Both the position numbers and the translations under genes were made by a program. Source: Eledone cirrhosa (lineage: Eukaryota). Taken from it: DNA of 64,000 bases. Location of the stretch: contig OZ024741.1 in assembly GCA_964016885.1 (NCBI GenBank), positions 387,562,001 through 387,626,000 of the forward strand, given 5' to 3'. The notes beneath the pieces were generated by a model. The model was not told where the DNA came from. It ran no database searches and worked only from the letters and a program-made list of their open reading frames with translations. Positions 26,073-44,412 of the stretch are shown here, piece by piece (the first letter of the stretch is position 1; every line of letters starts with the position of its first letter).

Positions 26073-26215
26073 AGATATATATATATACACATATATATAT
26101 ATATAAATTTTGTATTTCTAAAGAAATATGGTCTTAGGAAGCTGTAGCTATGCAAACACTAGGGCAAACGCCCTCTGGTGGACTCAAAAACAGTCGAGAA
26201 TATATAGTTTTCTAA

Positions 26216-26650
26216 TCATCATCATCATCAGCGTTTTTACATCTGTTCTTCCACGCTAGCATGGGTTAGATGGGTTGTCTTGTTGTGGGCAGTTTCCGGT
26301 CGGCTGACCTTGTCTTGCTCAGACGTTAACTGATTCTGGCTTGATTTCTACAGCTGGATGCCCTTCCAACCTCATTTACAGTGAGTGGTGGGTGGTTTTT
26401 TTCAGTGGCACCTACACGTCCACTTTATAGTGTGGGCTGGGTGCTTTTTTTGCCGTGGCACCTCCACGACCACTTTGCAGTGGAATAATAGGGACCCCAG
26501 TCCTATCATCTCATTTCTACAGCTGAGTAAACTGGAGCAATGTGAAATAAAGTGTCTTGCTCAAGGAAACAACACATCACCCGGTTCGACAATTAAACTC
26601 ACAACCTTTCGATTGCAAGCCCAATGCTCTAACCACTAAGCCATGCACCT
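26216..26650 (-). mobile_element. tRNA-derived SINE with type I RTE tail
   Basis: Same head and centre as 21576-21908; possible TSD TTCTAATC/TTCTCATC. Confidence 0.85.
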
Positions 26651-26828
26651 TCTCATCTGTGTAACTGAGGTGATTAATCTTATTTGCATAAGTTGGCTCA
26701 ACTTATAATAGAAAAAAAAATAAGATTTCGCTTCAAGCATAGCTTTATACAATATGTATAGAAATTTTGTAGCCGTAGCTATGCAAACACTGGGGCTAAC
26801 GCCCTCTGGTGGTGTCCAGCAGAAGCAA

Positions 26829-26887
26829 GGGAGACAACCATCTATGCATTTCAGGCTTGACTGGTCTTCATCTGGACAGTCCCTCCC
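26829..26887 (-). ncRNA. Minimal type I hammerhead ribozyme-like motif with variant core CAGATGA and palindromic stem III
   Basis: Minus strand GGGAGGGACTGTC-CAGATGA-AGAC CAGTCAA GCCT-GAA-ATGCAT-A-GATGGTTGTCTCCC. Extended stem I, stem II with one mismatch, ATGCAT palindrome, AUA cleavage triplet. Confidence 0.6.
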
Positions 26888-27104
26888 ACTGCTTGCTACT
26901 GCTGGACTTGAAAACAGTCGAGAATATATAGTTTTCTCGTCTGTAAATGTGGTGATTAATCTCATTTGCATATGAAGCTGCATAAGTTGGCTCATCTTAT
27001 AATAGAAAAGAAATACGAAATTTCTATACATACTGTATAAAGCTATGCTTGAAGTGAAATGTTATTTCTTTTCTATTATAAGTTGAGCCAACTTATGCAA
27101 CGAC

Positions 27105-27414
27105 CAATTATAGATGAGTTGAGTGAGAAACTGGGTATAAGAGGGATAAGTTGTAGTGTGCGGGAGAGAAGACTGAGATTGTACGGACATGTGATGCGTA
27201 TGGAGGATTACCGCTGGGTGAAGAGGTGCCAGGAAATCCCAATAGAAGGAAGACGCAATAGAGGAAGACCACGAAAAACATGGGCGGAGGTGGTGAGAGC
27301 AACCCTCAGATCGCTGAAACTCACGGAGAAGATGACGAAAGACTGTGACAAGTGTGCTGAATAGGACCCGTCCCACTCTTGCAAGCAGGGAAAAACAGAC
27401 GGAAAATGATGATG
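27105..27414 (+). mobile_element. RTE LINE 3' fragment (short-UTR subfamily)
   Basis: [14 protein letters not shown]...[11 protein letters not shown]; (GAT)n tail. Confidence 0.85.
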
Positions 27415-28531
<1,117 letters not shown>

Positions 28532-31018
28532 CTCGCAAAGTACCCGGCGTCGCCCGGGTATAAGTCGACCTTTGGTCTGTTAGAATGTGTGAAAGTTACT
28601 TCCCGCGCATCACAGGTTCAAAACTTCGAACTTCAATGAAAAAAAATAGGTTAGTAGACACAGGTGTGTAATTTATTAATCGTAGTTACAGTGTATCGTT
28701 GAAATTGTTCTCTGCACGACTGACGGAAGTCAAAATCGCTTGATATTGAATGTTCAGTTAATTTAAAGCAGGGTGAAAATGTCGATTACTTTCAGGGTTC
28801 TTTTTTTTTTTACAATTTTTGCGCTCACATGTGCAGAAGTAGAATTAAAAGAGCCTTTATCTTAACCGCGGCATAATGGCGAGTCTTTTGTGACAGTTTA
28901 GAATATAGGACGTTCCTGTAAAAAGTTTTCCCATGTGTAACTTTGCCTTGTTTTTTTGCGCAAAGTCGAGCCCCGCTTCAGTTTTATTGATTTTTTACAT
29001 CAATGCGTGATCTCTGAAGTAGATTTGAGTAGCTAAAAACCTGTCCCGGTAAATTTGCTATAGGTGAACAAAAGTTGATCAAAATTGTATCTAGGGTTAT
29101 TGCCCTTTGCCACAACCTCGTCTGATGGGATGCTGGTGATTCCTCTGTCAGCGCTTGTTGGCGACGAAGGCGAACATCAGCAAGCCTTGTCGTACGTGAT
29201 GTTGGTGACTCAACCAGCCGGGAAAGACGTCTATCAGCGAGTCGAGATTCGCGCTCAGCAGGTGTTTCCTAGAGAAAATTAATTAATTCTACTGGTTAGC
29301 TAAGCCAATGGCAGTGTCAATAGTAAATGAGAAAAGTCTAACATGAACAAAAGGGAATCAAGGTAAGACAATAAATTTAATATAACTACGATTAGAATGT
29401 TGTAGTTGCTTAAAAGTGGTGACAGTTAGGATAAACGCAGTACTTGCTAACATTAAGGGAGAATATTGCATAAAGGATTAATCAATTGTGAATGAACTCA
29501 TACCTGAGAACGCCTAATTCATTGTCTCAAAGCAGTAGCTGTACCTTTTTTGGAGGTAAGTCTTGAACGTTTCCGTGTGGGCATAACGACGTGTAACAAA
29601 GCTGTTAGGTTAGAGAGAGGTGATTAAATACAGAGAGAGATGACACCAGATTCGTTAGCATGGTTACTGGTGAATGGGAAGGTTTGGAAATATGATTACA
29701 ATAACTTACCGAATTTTCCGGTCTATGAATTGCACTTAAAATAATTAAATTTAATCAAAAAACAGCTCTGCGCTTTATACTCCGGTGAGCCTTATGTATA
29801 AATAATACAATGGTAATCAATCACGGCTCTAACAGAAGTAATAGATCTAGACTAAAAGTAAAGAAGATAGCATTTTCCTGGTTGGCCTTACACGCCGTTG
29901 CGCGGACCTGATTTTAAATGATACGCCTTATATCCTGGTGAGCCTTATAGAGCGGAAAATATCTATTGGAAAAGAATACAAATTCATGACCAAGGTGTGA
30001 CAAAATAGGCGTCTATACAGCGCCTGAAACAAACTTATCCCAAACCCTAGGATTTTACTCATTAAGTATCCACCCAAAAGGAATTGTTTTTTAGTTACAA
30101 AAAATAACCAAAGTGTATAGTAGCTATATTTCTGACATATCATGCCAAAAAGAACAATATATTCAAAAAATGTTCTAAAGTACATTCAATCTCTCTTTTT
30201 GACCGATATCTTAATAAGCAAGTTATCGATTTTTTATTGGCTGTCAGTGTCTATGTGCACGTGTGCGCAATGAATTGCAAATACGCTCATAACATTTAGT
30301 CGTAAGCAGAACAAAAAATGCCATTAGAGGTGGGGCTAATAATGAAGACACAAACCCTGGTGAACTTACGTTTAAAACCCCGAAAAGTTACTCACTTCCT
30401 GTGCAAAAGACTGTATTATAAATTAAGTAATTTTTTAGAATCTTTTGTTTAAAAAAGGAAAACATTGGTACGACGTAACATTTTTTACAACTTTATATGT
30501 GTACAATACAACTTGGTCAACGTATTATTTAGTAATTTTTTTTTCAAAAAGCATGACTATTTAAGACTGAAAATTTACTCACAGCTTTTAGCATCACAAA
30601 AGACACCATTAAATTTGGTTCCCTTTTCAGATAGGGATAATACTGTATTTCCACTTGAATAAGGTGGAATATGAAGATAAACTCTTTACTGGTCGGTCGT
30701 TTACTGAGACAGCTGGGAAGACATACAGCTGGCTGTCCAATCAATAACGCACGTCCCTATATGGGCATATGAAATTTATTTTTATTGCGCCAGATGTAAA
30801 CTAAGAGTTCTTGTGTTCAAATTCACATAAACTTTCATTGGAATCGAAAAACATTGTCATAGGGCCCGATTATTGATTTTTCGAAAATTTCAAGTAGCCT
30901 ATTCCACTCTACGCGTTGAGTTTTATATATGTGTGAGGTTTCATGAAATTTGGATGAACGGTGTAGCATGCAAGTTCGGTACACCAAACAATGTCCATCT
31001 TCCCTTTATATATATAGA
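28532..31018 (-). mobile_element. Non-autonomous Helitron (~2.5 kb)
   Basis: Minus strand begins A|TCTATATATATAAAG, ends with GC hairpin CCCGGGCGACGCCGGG followed by TACTTTGCGAG|T (CTAG-like end); inserted between A and T with no TSD. Confidence 0.75.
29707..29965. mobile_element. pogo/Tc1-mariner-type MITE nested in the Helitron
   Basis: Imperfect TIRs TACCGAATTTTCCGGTCTATGA / TTATAGAGCGGAAAATATCTA and subterminal CCGGTGAGCCTTAT repeats. Confidence 0.55.
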
Positions 31019-34739
<3,721 letters not shown>

Positions 34740-34939
34740 NNNNNNNNNNNNNNNNNNNNNNNNNNNNNNNNNNNNNNNNNNNNNNNNNNNNNNNNNNNNN
34801 NNNNNNNNNNNNNNNNNNNNNNNNNNNNNNNNNNNNNNNNNNNNNNNNNNNNNNNNNNNNNNNNNNNNNNNNNNNNNNNNNNNNNNNNNNNNNNNNNNNN
34901 NNNNNNNNNNNNNNNNNNNNNNNNNNNNNNNNNNNNNNN
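34740..34939. other. Assembly gap (200 N)
   Basis: Exactly 200 N, typical of a scaffolding join of unknown true size. Confidence 0.99.
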
Positions 34940-35559
34940 GTGCTACTGGTAACATGTATCCCAGTACAACCTGACCCATGGTCGGGTCGTTGGCGACTAA
35001 ACTGGCAACCCCACCAAGGTTTCTTGGTGAGGAGGGTGACTTTGGACATCCTGCAGGACTAAAAACAAAACCTGTCAAAGGGCAAAGGAGCTCTTAAGAG
35101 TCAATGGCCATCCAAAATCACCGGGAGAGATGACCCCTTAGCCTTTGTCAAGGCAGAATTCTAGGAGAAAGAAAACTCTGATATAACACCTGCAACCCTG
35201 ATGGTATCCAATGATGTTGACTTGTTCTTCTTTTTGGTAAATATCATCTTGGTAAAGAGAGTGGGACTGGCTTTGTGCAGTGCCTTTGCTCACTATAAAA
35301 GCTTCACGGCACAGGTATTGCTTTATATCTGGAGATCTCTCTGCACTTGTCCTCACATGCGCCCAGCACTGTGTGTCAATAATTGTCCTACCATGGGCCC
35401 AGCACTATGTGGCAATAATTGTCACAGGTGTAGTGTTTGTACCAGAGGTTTCAAGTCGCTGGCTGGACTAAAAAGTCACACTCGTTCAGTGCATCGGTAG
35501 GGGTTCTCCTATATGGATGTAAAGTAGTGGCCGTACTCGAAAACGAGTTGGCAGCCACC
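34940..35559 (+). mobile_element. Bipartite non-autonomous RTE derivative, copy 1 (5' end cut by the gap; internal ~38-bp duplication)
   Basis: RTE-type 5' UTR motif CTAGGAGAA(A/G)GAAAACTCTGA joined to a C2H2 coding remnant [23 protein letters not shown] and a short 3' hairpin. Confidence 0.75.
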
Positions 35560-35628
35560 ATATATATGTATATACATATATGTATATACATATGTATGTA
35601 TATATATATATGTATATACATATATATG

Positions 35629-35664
<36 letters not shown>

Positions 35665-36198
35665 TATGTATATACATATATATGTATGTATATATATATA
35701 TATATATGTATATACATATATATGTATATATATATATATGTATATACATATATATGTATATATATATGTATGTATATATATATGTATATATATATGTATG
35801 TATATATATATGTATATATATGTATGTATATATATATGTATGTATATATATATGTATATACATATATATGTATATATATATATGTATATACATATATATG
35901 TATATATATATATATATGTATGTATATATATATGTATGTATGTATATATATATATATGTATGTATATATATATATATATCTATGTATGTATGTATATATA
36001 TATATATATCTATGTATGTATGTATATATATATATATATCTATGTATGTATGTATATATATATATATATCTATGTATGTATGTATATATATATATATATC
36101 TATGTATGTATGTATATATATATATATATCTATGTATGTATGTATATATGTATGTATATATATGTATGTATGTATATATATATATATATGTATGTATG

Positions 36199-36230
<32 letters not shown>

Positions 36231-36254
36231 TATATATATATATATCTATGTATG

Positions 36255-36299
<45 letters not shown>

Positions 36300-36355
36300 A
36301 TATGTATGTATATATATATATATATGTATGTATATATATATGTATATATATATAT

Positions 36356-36963
36356 GTCAGGTCACCAGTTGGTGCTACTGGTAACATGTATCCCAGTACA
36401 ACCTGTCCCATGGTCGGGTCGTTGGCGACTAAACTGGCAACCCCACCAAGGTTTCTTGGTGAGGAGGGTGACTTTGGACATCCTGCAGGACTAAAAACAA
36501 GACCTGTCAAAGGGCAAAGGAGCTCTTAAGAGTCAATGGCCATCCAAAATCACCGGGAGAGATGACCCCTTAGCCTTTGTCAAGGCAGAATTCTAGGAGA
36601 AGGAAAACTCTGATATAACACCTGCAACTCTGATGGTATCCAATGATGTTGACTTGTTCTTCTTTTTGGTAAATATCATCTTGGTTAAGAGAGTGGGACT
36701 GGCTTTGTGCAGTGCCTTTGCTCACTATAAAAGCTTCACGGCACAGGCATTGCTTTATATCTGGAGATCTCTCTGCACTTGTCGTCACAGGGTACCATGG
36801 CCCCAGCACTATGTGTCAATATTTGTCACAAGTGTAGTGTTTGTACCAGAGTTTTCAAGTCGCTGGCTGGACTAAAAGGTCACACTCGTTCAGTGCATCG
36901 GTAGGGGTTCTCCTATATGGATATAAAGTAGTGGCCGTACTCGAAAACGAGTTGGCAGCCACC
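36356..36963 (+). mobile_element. Bipartite non-autonomous RTE derivative, copy 2 (608 bp)
   Basis: Nearly identical to copies 1 and 3; both ends in TA microsatellite. Confidence 0.8.
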
Positions 36964-36974
36964 ATATATATATG

Positions 36975-37032
<58 letters not shown>

Positions 37033-37214
37033 TGTATGTATGTATGTATGTATATGTGTATGTATGTATGTATATGTGTATGTATGTATGTAAATGTGTA
37101 TGTATGTATGTATATGTATATATATGTGTATGTATATATATATATGTATGTATGTATATGAATATGTATATATATGTGTGTGTATGTATATATATGTGTA
37201 AGCATATATATATG

Positions 37215-37247
<33 letters not shown>

Positions 37248-37660
37248 GTATATATATGTATGTATATATATGTATATATATGTATATGTATATGTATATA
37301 TATATGTATATATATATATATATGTATATGTATATATATATATGTATATATATATATATGTATATATATATATGTATATGTATATACATATATATGTATA
37401 TACATATATATGTATATATTTATGTATATACATATATATGTATATATTTATATATATATATATATATGTATATATATGTATATATGTATATATATGTAAA
37501 TATATATATATGTATATATATGTAAATATATATATATGTATATATATGTAAATATATATATATGTATATATATATGTATATATATGTATATGTATATATA
37601 TGTATATGTATATATGTATATATGTATATATATATATATATGTGTATTTATGTATATATA

Positions 37661-37693
<33 letters not shown>

Positions 37694-37829
37694 ATATATA
37701 TATGTGTGTATATATATATGTATATATATATATGTGTGTGTATATATATATATATGTATATATGTATATATATATATGTGTATATATGTATATATATGTG
37801 TATGTATATATATATGTATATATGTATAT

Positions 37830-37893
<64 letters not shown>

Positions 37894-37904
37894 GTGTATA
37901 TATA

Positions 37905-37953
<49 letters not shown>

Positions 37954-37968
37954 GTGTATATATATATA

Positions 37969-38015
<47 letters not shown>

Positions 38016-38038
38016 GTGTATATATGTATATATATATG

Positions 38039-38069
<31 letters not shown>

Positions 38070-38120
38070 ATGTATATATATATATGTATGTATATATGTA
38101 TATATATATGTATATATATA
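36964..38120. repeat. (TA)n/(TATG)n array; a similar array lies at 35560-36355
   Basis: Direct reading. Confidence 0.95.
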
Positions 38121-39044
38121 GTAGAATAATCGAGTATCGAAAAATCGGCGCACGAGTTCACGATAAACAAAATTCGATATGAGCGGCAGAGGGCTCAATA
38201 ATTCAGATAAATCAGAGCTATAACTATCGTTAAAATACCGTCACACATAGAACAAGTCTATAATCAACCGTACGACCGAAAGATTGCGATCTGGAAGATT
38301 CGGGACATTCAGAAAAAAATATCAAAAAATCAATAAATCAAATGAATGTAAAAAGCATACCCGGACCCGCTAGAAAGATGGTAAATCTAGCTTCTTGGGT
38401 TTCTGTAAATCCTTAAACTGCCCTCTATCAGCTCACATAAAAATATGAGACTTCTAGAAGCCAGCGGACAGGAAAATTTACTTCCTCAACGAGCCTTTGT
38501 CCGAACGAATGAAAAGGCATAACCCAGGCTGAAGGAACGCACATGTAGTTCAGCAAGGGAGATAACCTCTACATCCGCAAAAAATAATCGGGAAAATGTG
38601 GAAATACACATATCGAATAAGAGTGCTCAATAGACATGTTAAAATAAACAGGAGCTATTCATCATTTAATAGAGTCGACAAAAAATGAACAATAAAATTA
38701 ACTGGTCAATAGCTAGGTCTAGAGCTAAATATAGTAGAATAATCGAGTATCGAAAAATCGGTGCACGAGTTCACGATAAACAAAATTCGATATGAGCGGC
38801 AGAGGGCTCAATAATTCAGATAAATCAGAGCTATAACTATCGTTAAAATACCGTCACACATAGAACAAGTCTATAATCAACCGTACGACCGAAAGATTGC
38901 GATCTGGAAGATTCGGGACATTCAGAAAAAAATATCAAAAAATCAATAAATCAAATGAATGTAAAACGCATACCCGGACCCGCTAGAAAGATGGTAAATC
39001 TAGCTTCTTGGGTTTCTGTAAATCTTTAAACTGCCCTCTATCAG
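38121..39044. mobile_element. Partial tandem element, 613-bp period (311-bp direct repeats 38121-38431 and 38734-39044)
   Basis: The two copies differ at only about 3 positions; degenerate hammerhead-like motif on the minus strand of the spacer. Confidence 0.8.
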
Positions 39045-39242
39045 ATATACGATATTAACAAATGGAAACTATATTTATAAAACCATATCTATTTTATTAT
39101 AAATATTTCAAGGATACCATGTTAAATTATGGGTTTCCATTTGTTAATATCGTATATTTACTCCAAATACTTGTCGAGTGCTTTATATCAGTTATAAAAA
39201 TATTTGCTTGTTGTATCCCAACAATTTAAATAGAACTTTTGC

Positions 39243-39247
39243 ATATG

Positions 39248-39316
<69 letters not shown>

Positions 39317-39459
39317 GTTTATGTATATATATATATATGTATATATATGTATATATATATATGTATATGTATATATATGTATATGTATATATATGTATAT
39401 GTATATATATGTATATGTATATATATGTATATGTATATGTATATATATGTATATATATG

Positions 39460-39490
<31 letters not shown>

Positions 39491-39515
39491 GTATATATAT
39501 ATATGTATATATATG

Positions 39516-39546
<31 letters not shown>

Positions 39547-39571
39547 GTATATATATATATGTATATATATG

Positions 39572-39652
<81 letters not shown>

Positions 39653-39693
39653 GTATATGTATATATATGTATATATATGTATATATATGTATA

Positions 39694-39731
<38 letters not shown>

Positions 39732-39733
39732 TG

Positions 39734-39767
<34 letters not shown>

Positions 39768-40042
39768 ATATATATATATATGTATATATATGTATATATA
39801 TGTATATGTATATATATGTATATGTATATATATATATGTATATATATATATATGTATATATATGTATATATATATATATGTATATATATGTATATATATG
39901 TATATGTATATATATGTATATGTATATATATGTATATGTATATATATGTATATGTATATATATGTATATGTATATATATATATATGTATATATGTATATA
40001 AATATATATGTATATAAATATATATGTATATATATGTATATG

Positions 40043-40114
<72 letters not shown>

Positions 40115-40782
40115 AATATATATGTATATATATATATATGTATATAAATATATATGTATATATATATATATGTTTATGTATATATATGTATATGTATATA
40201 TATGTATATATATATATATGTTTATGTATATGTATATATATATGTATATGTGTATATATATGTATATGTATATATATGTGTATATATATATGTATATGTA
40301 TATATATATATGTATATGTGTATATATATGTATATGTATATATATATGTGTATATATATATGTATATGTGTATATATATGTATATATATATGTGTATATA
40401 TATATGTATATGTGTATATATATGTATATGTATGTATATATATGTGTATATATATGTATATGTATGTATATATATGTGTATATATATGTATATGTATGTA
40501 TATATATGTGTGTATATATATGTATATGTATATATATGTGTATGTATATGTATATATATATATGTATATATGTATATGTATATGTATATATATATATGTA
40601 TATATATATATGTATATGTATATATATATATGTATATGTATATGTATATATATATATGTATATATATATATGTATATATATATATGTATATATATGTATA
40701 TATGTATATGTATATATGTATATGTATATATGTATATATGTATATATGTATATATGTATATATGTATATATATGTATATATG

Positions 40783-40815
<33 letters not shown>

Positions 40816-40824
40816 ATGTATATG

Positions 40825-40887
<63 letters not shown>

Positions 40888-40888
40888 G
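39243..40888. repeat. (TA)nTG array
   Basis: Direct reading. Confidence 0.95.
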
Positions 40889-41298
40889 TCATCATCATCA
40901 TCATCATCACCGTTTTACGTCCGTTCTTCCACGCTAGCATGGGTTAGACGGGTTGTCCTGTTGTGGGCAGTGTCTGGTCGGCTGACCATGCCTTGCTCAT
41001 ACAGGAACTGATCTGGCTTGATTTCTACAGCTGGATGCCCTTCCTAACACCAACCTCATTTACAGTGAGTGCTGGGTGCTTTTTCGTGGCGCCTACACGT
41101 CCACTTTAAAGTGTGGGCTGGGTGCTTTTTTGCCGTGGCACCTCCACGACCACCTTGCGGTGGGGGGTGTGGGGCATATTGTTTATATGCTTCAGCATGT
41201 ACCCATGGGAGGTCGGGTACCCTGTATTACTGCGTGACGCCAGAAGTCACGGTCGTGTGTCATTGACTTTGAGAGGTGTAGTTGGGTAAGGTCGGCTT
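40889..41298 (-). mobile_element. RTE LINE 3' end (type I UTR)
   Basis: Matches the reverse complement of 24380-24789. Confidence 0.85.
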
Positions 41299-42371
<1,073 letters not shown>

Positions 42372-43157
42372 CTTTGAATAACTTTGAAATGTTTTGGCCA
42401 GTATTGGCCCAGGCCATGTCTAACTTAATAGCACCACCTGGCGAAGTCTTTCAATTCAGGATTTGGGCACCATGGCCCATTCGAGAAGAGAATTACTGTT
42501 TGCGGAGACATATCCGGGTGTGGGTGGTTTGTCCGGGATTACTTGGAGGAATTTGTCCAAAGACTTCTTGAATTTTGTGTGGTCAGTTTCTGTTTTGACG
42601 TGTCCTGGTGTGATGTTGAAGAGAGCAGGGCCGATTGAGGTGAAATAATTGTGCCGTATTGTTGTTATGAGTTGCGATTTAGATTTTTGAATGGGACGGA
42701 TAGCACGGGGCCCAAGCCTTGGGTGTATCTTGAAGGCGATGCCAACATCATTTGGGCAGTGATGATGGAACATTTTCCACATCATGCAGATAATATAACG
42801 CTCACGGCGACGTTGGAGTGAGTAAAGTTTCAGGTTTTCCAATCGACCCCAGTAGTCAAGGTCTGACATGCCATCTATCTTTTTCGTGATTGCCCTTTGA
42901 GGAGCTTCAAGTTTCATGATACTTTGTTTCGTGTGGGGAGACCACAGTGGACAACAGTATTCAAGGTGTGGTCGGGCGAAAGTAGAGAAGAGAAGGATAA
43001 TGGTGCGGGAATCTCTCGACTGGAAGGTTCTGAGGATCCAGGAACACATTCTGCGGGCCATGTCAACTTTGCTGCTTATATGCGTGGTCCAGCTTATGTT
43101 GCTGTCCACGGTTACTCCCAAGTCTCTGATGTTGTTAGATGCCACGAGAGTTTCCCA
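42372..43157 (-). mobile_element. CR1/L2-group LINE 3' fragment (open ORF2 C-terminus, 3' UTR, short tandem tail)
   Basis: [46 protein letters not shown] and FKKSLDKFL motifs; tail (TTCAAAGTT)2. Confidence 0.85.
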
Positions 43158-43203
43158 TATGTATATATATATGTATATATATATGTATATATGTGTATAT
43201 ATG

Positions 43204-43238
<35 letters not shown>

Positions 43239-43532
43239 GTGTATATATATATATATGTGTATATATATATATGTGTATATATGTATGTATATATATATAT
43301 GTATATATATGTGTATATGTATATATATGTGTATATGTATATATGTGTATATGTATATGTATATATGTATATATATGTATATATGTATATATATGTATAT
43401 GTATATATATATATGTGTATATATATATATGTGTATATATGTATATATATGTATATGTATATATATATGTATGTATATATGTATGTATATATATATATAT
43501 ATGTATGTATATATATATGTATATATATATAT

Positions 43533-44140
43533 GTCAGGTCACCAGTTGGTGCTACTGGTAACATGTATTCCAGTACAACCTGTCCCATGGTCGGGTCGTT
43601 GGCGACTAAACTGGCAACCCCACCAAGGTTTCTTGGTGAGGAGGGTGACTTTGGACATCCTGCAGGACTAAAAATAAAACCTGTCAAAAGGCAAAGGAGC
43701 TCTTAAGAGTCAATGGCCATCCAAAATCACCGGGAGAGATGACCCCTTAGCCTTTGTCAAGGCAGAATTCTAGGAGAAGGAAAACTCTGATATAACACCT
43801 GCAACCCTGATGGTATCCAATGATGTTGACTTGTTCTTCTTTTTGGTAAATATCATCTTGGTTAAGAGAGTGGGACTGGCTTTGGGAAGTGCCTTTGCTC
43901 ACTATAAAAGCTTCACGGCACAGGCATTGCTTTATATCTGGAGATCTCTCTGCATTTGTCGTCACATGGTACCATGGGCCCAGCACTATGTGTCAATAAT
44001 TGTCACAAGTGTAGTTTTTGTACCAGAGCTTTCAAGTCGCTGGCTGGACTAAAAAGTCACACTCGTTCAGCGCATCAGTAGGGGTTCTCCTACATGGATA
44101 TAAAGTAGTGGCCGTACTCGAAAACGAGTTGGCAGCCACC
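43533..44140 (+). mobile_element. Bipartite non-autonomous RTE derivative, copy 3 (608 bp)
   Basis: Same length and termini as copy 2 (GTCAGGTCACC...GGCAGCCACC). Confidence 0.8.
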
Positions 44141-44412
44141 ATATATATATGTATGTATATATATATGTATATATATATGTATGTATATATATATGTATGT
44201 ATATATATATGTATGTATATATATGTGTATGTATATATATGTGTATGTATATATATGTGTATGTATATATATGTGTATGTATATATATGTGTATGTATAT
44301 ATATGTGTATGTATATATATGTGTATGTATATATATATGTATGTATATATATGTGTATGTATATATATATGTATATATATGTGTATGTATATATATGTAT
44401 ATACATATATAT

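Larger units (their letters stand above)
26105..27100. mobile_element. Partial-tandem plus inverted small element (Penelope-like/retrozyme-like), interrupted by a SINE
   Basis: GTAGCTATGCAAACACT..ACGCCCTCTGGTGG and AAACAGTCGAGAATATATAGTTTTCT each occur twice; GGTGATTAATC..GCATAAGTTGGCTCA is repeated directly (~26670, ~26950) and inverted (27018-27100). Confidence 0.7.

Noticed and set aside
35201-35500. Host C2H2 zinc-finger gene
   Set aside because: A single finger inside a three-copy repeat with an RTE-type 5' UTR; it is the retrotransposon ORF C-terminus.
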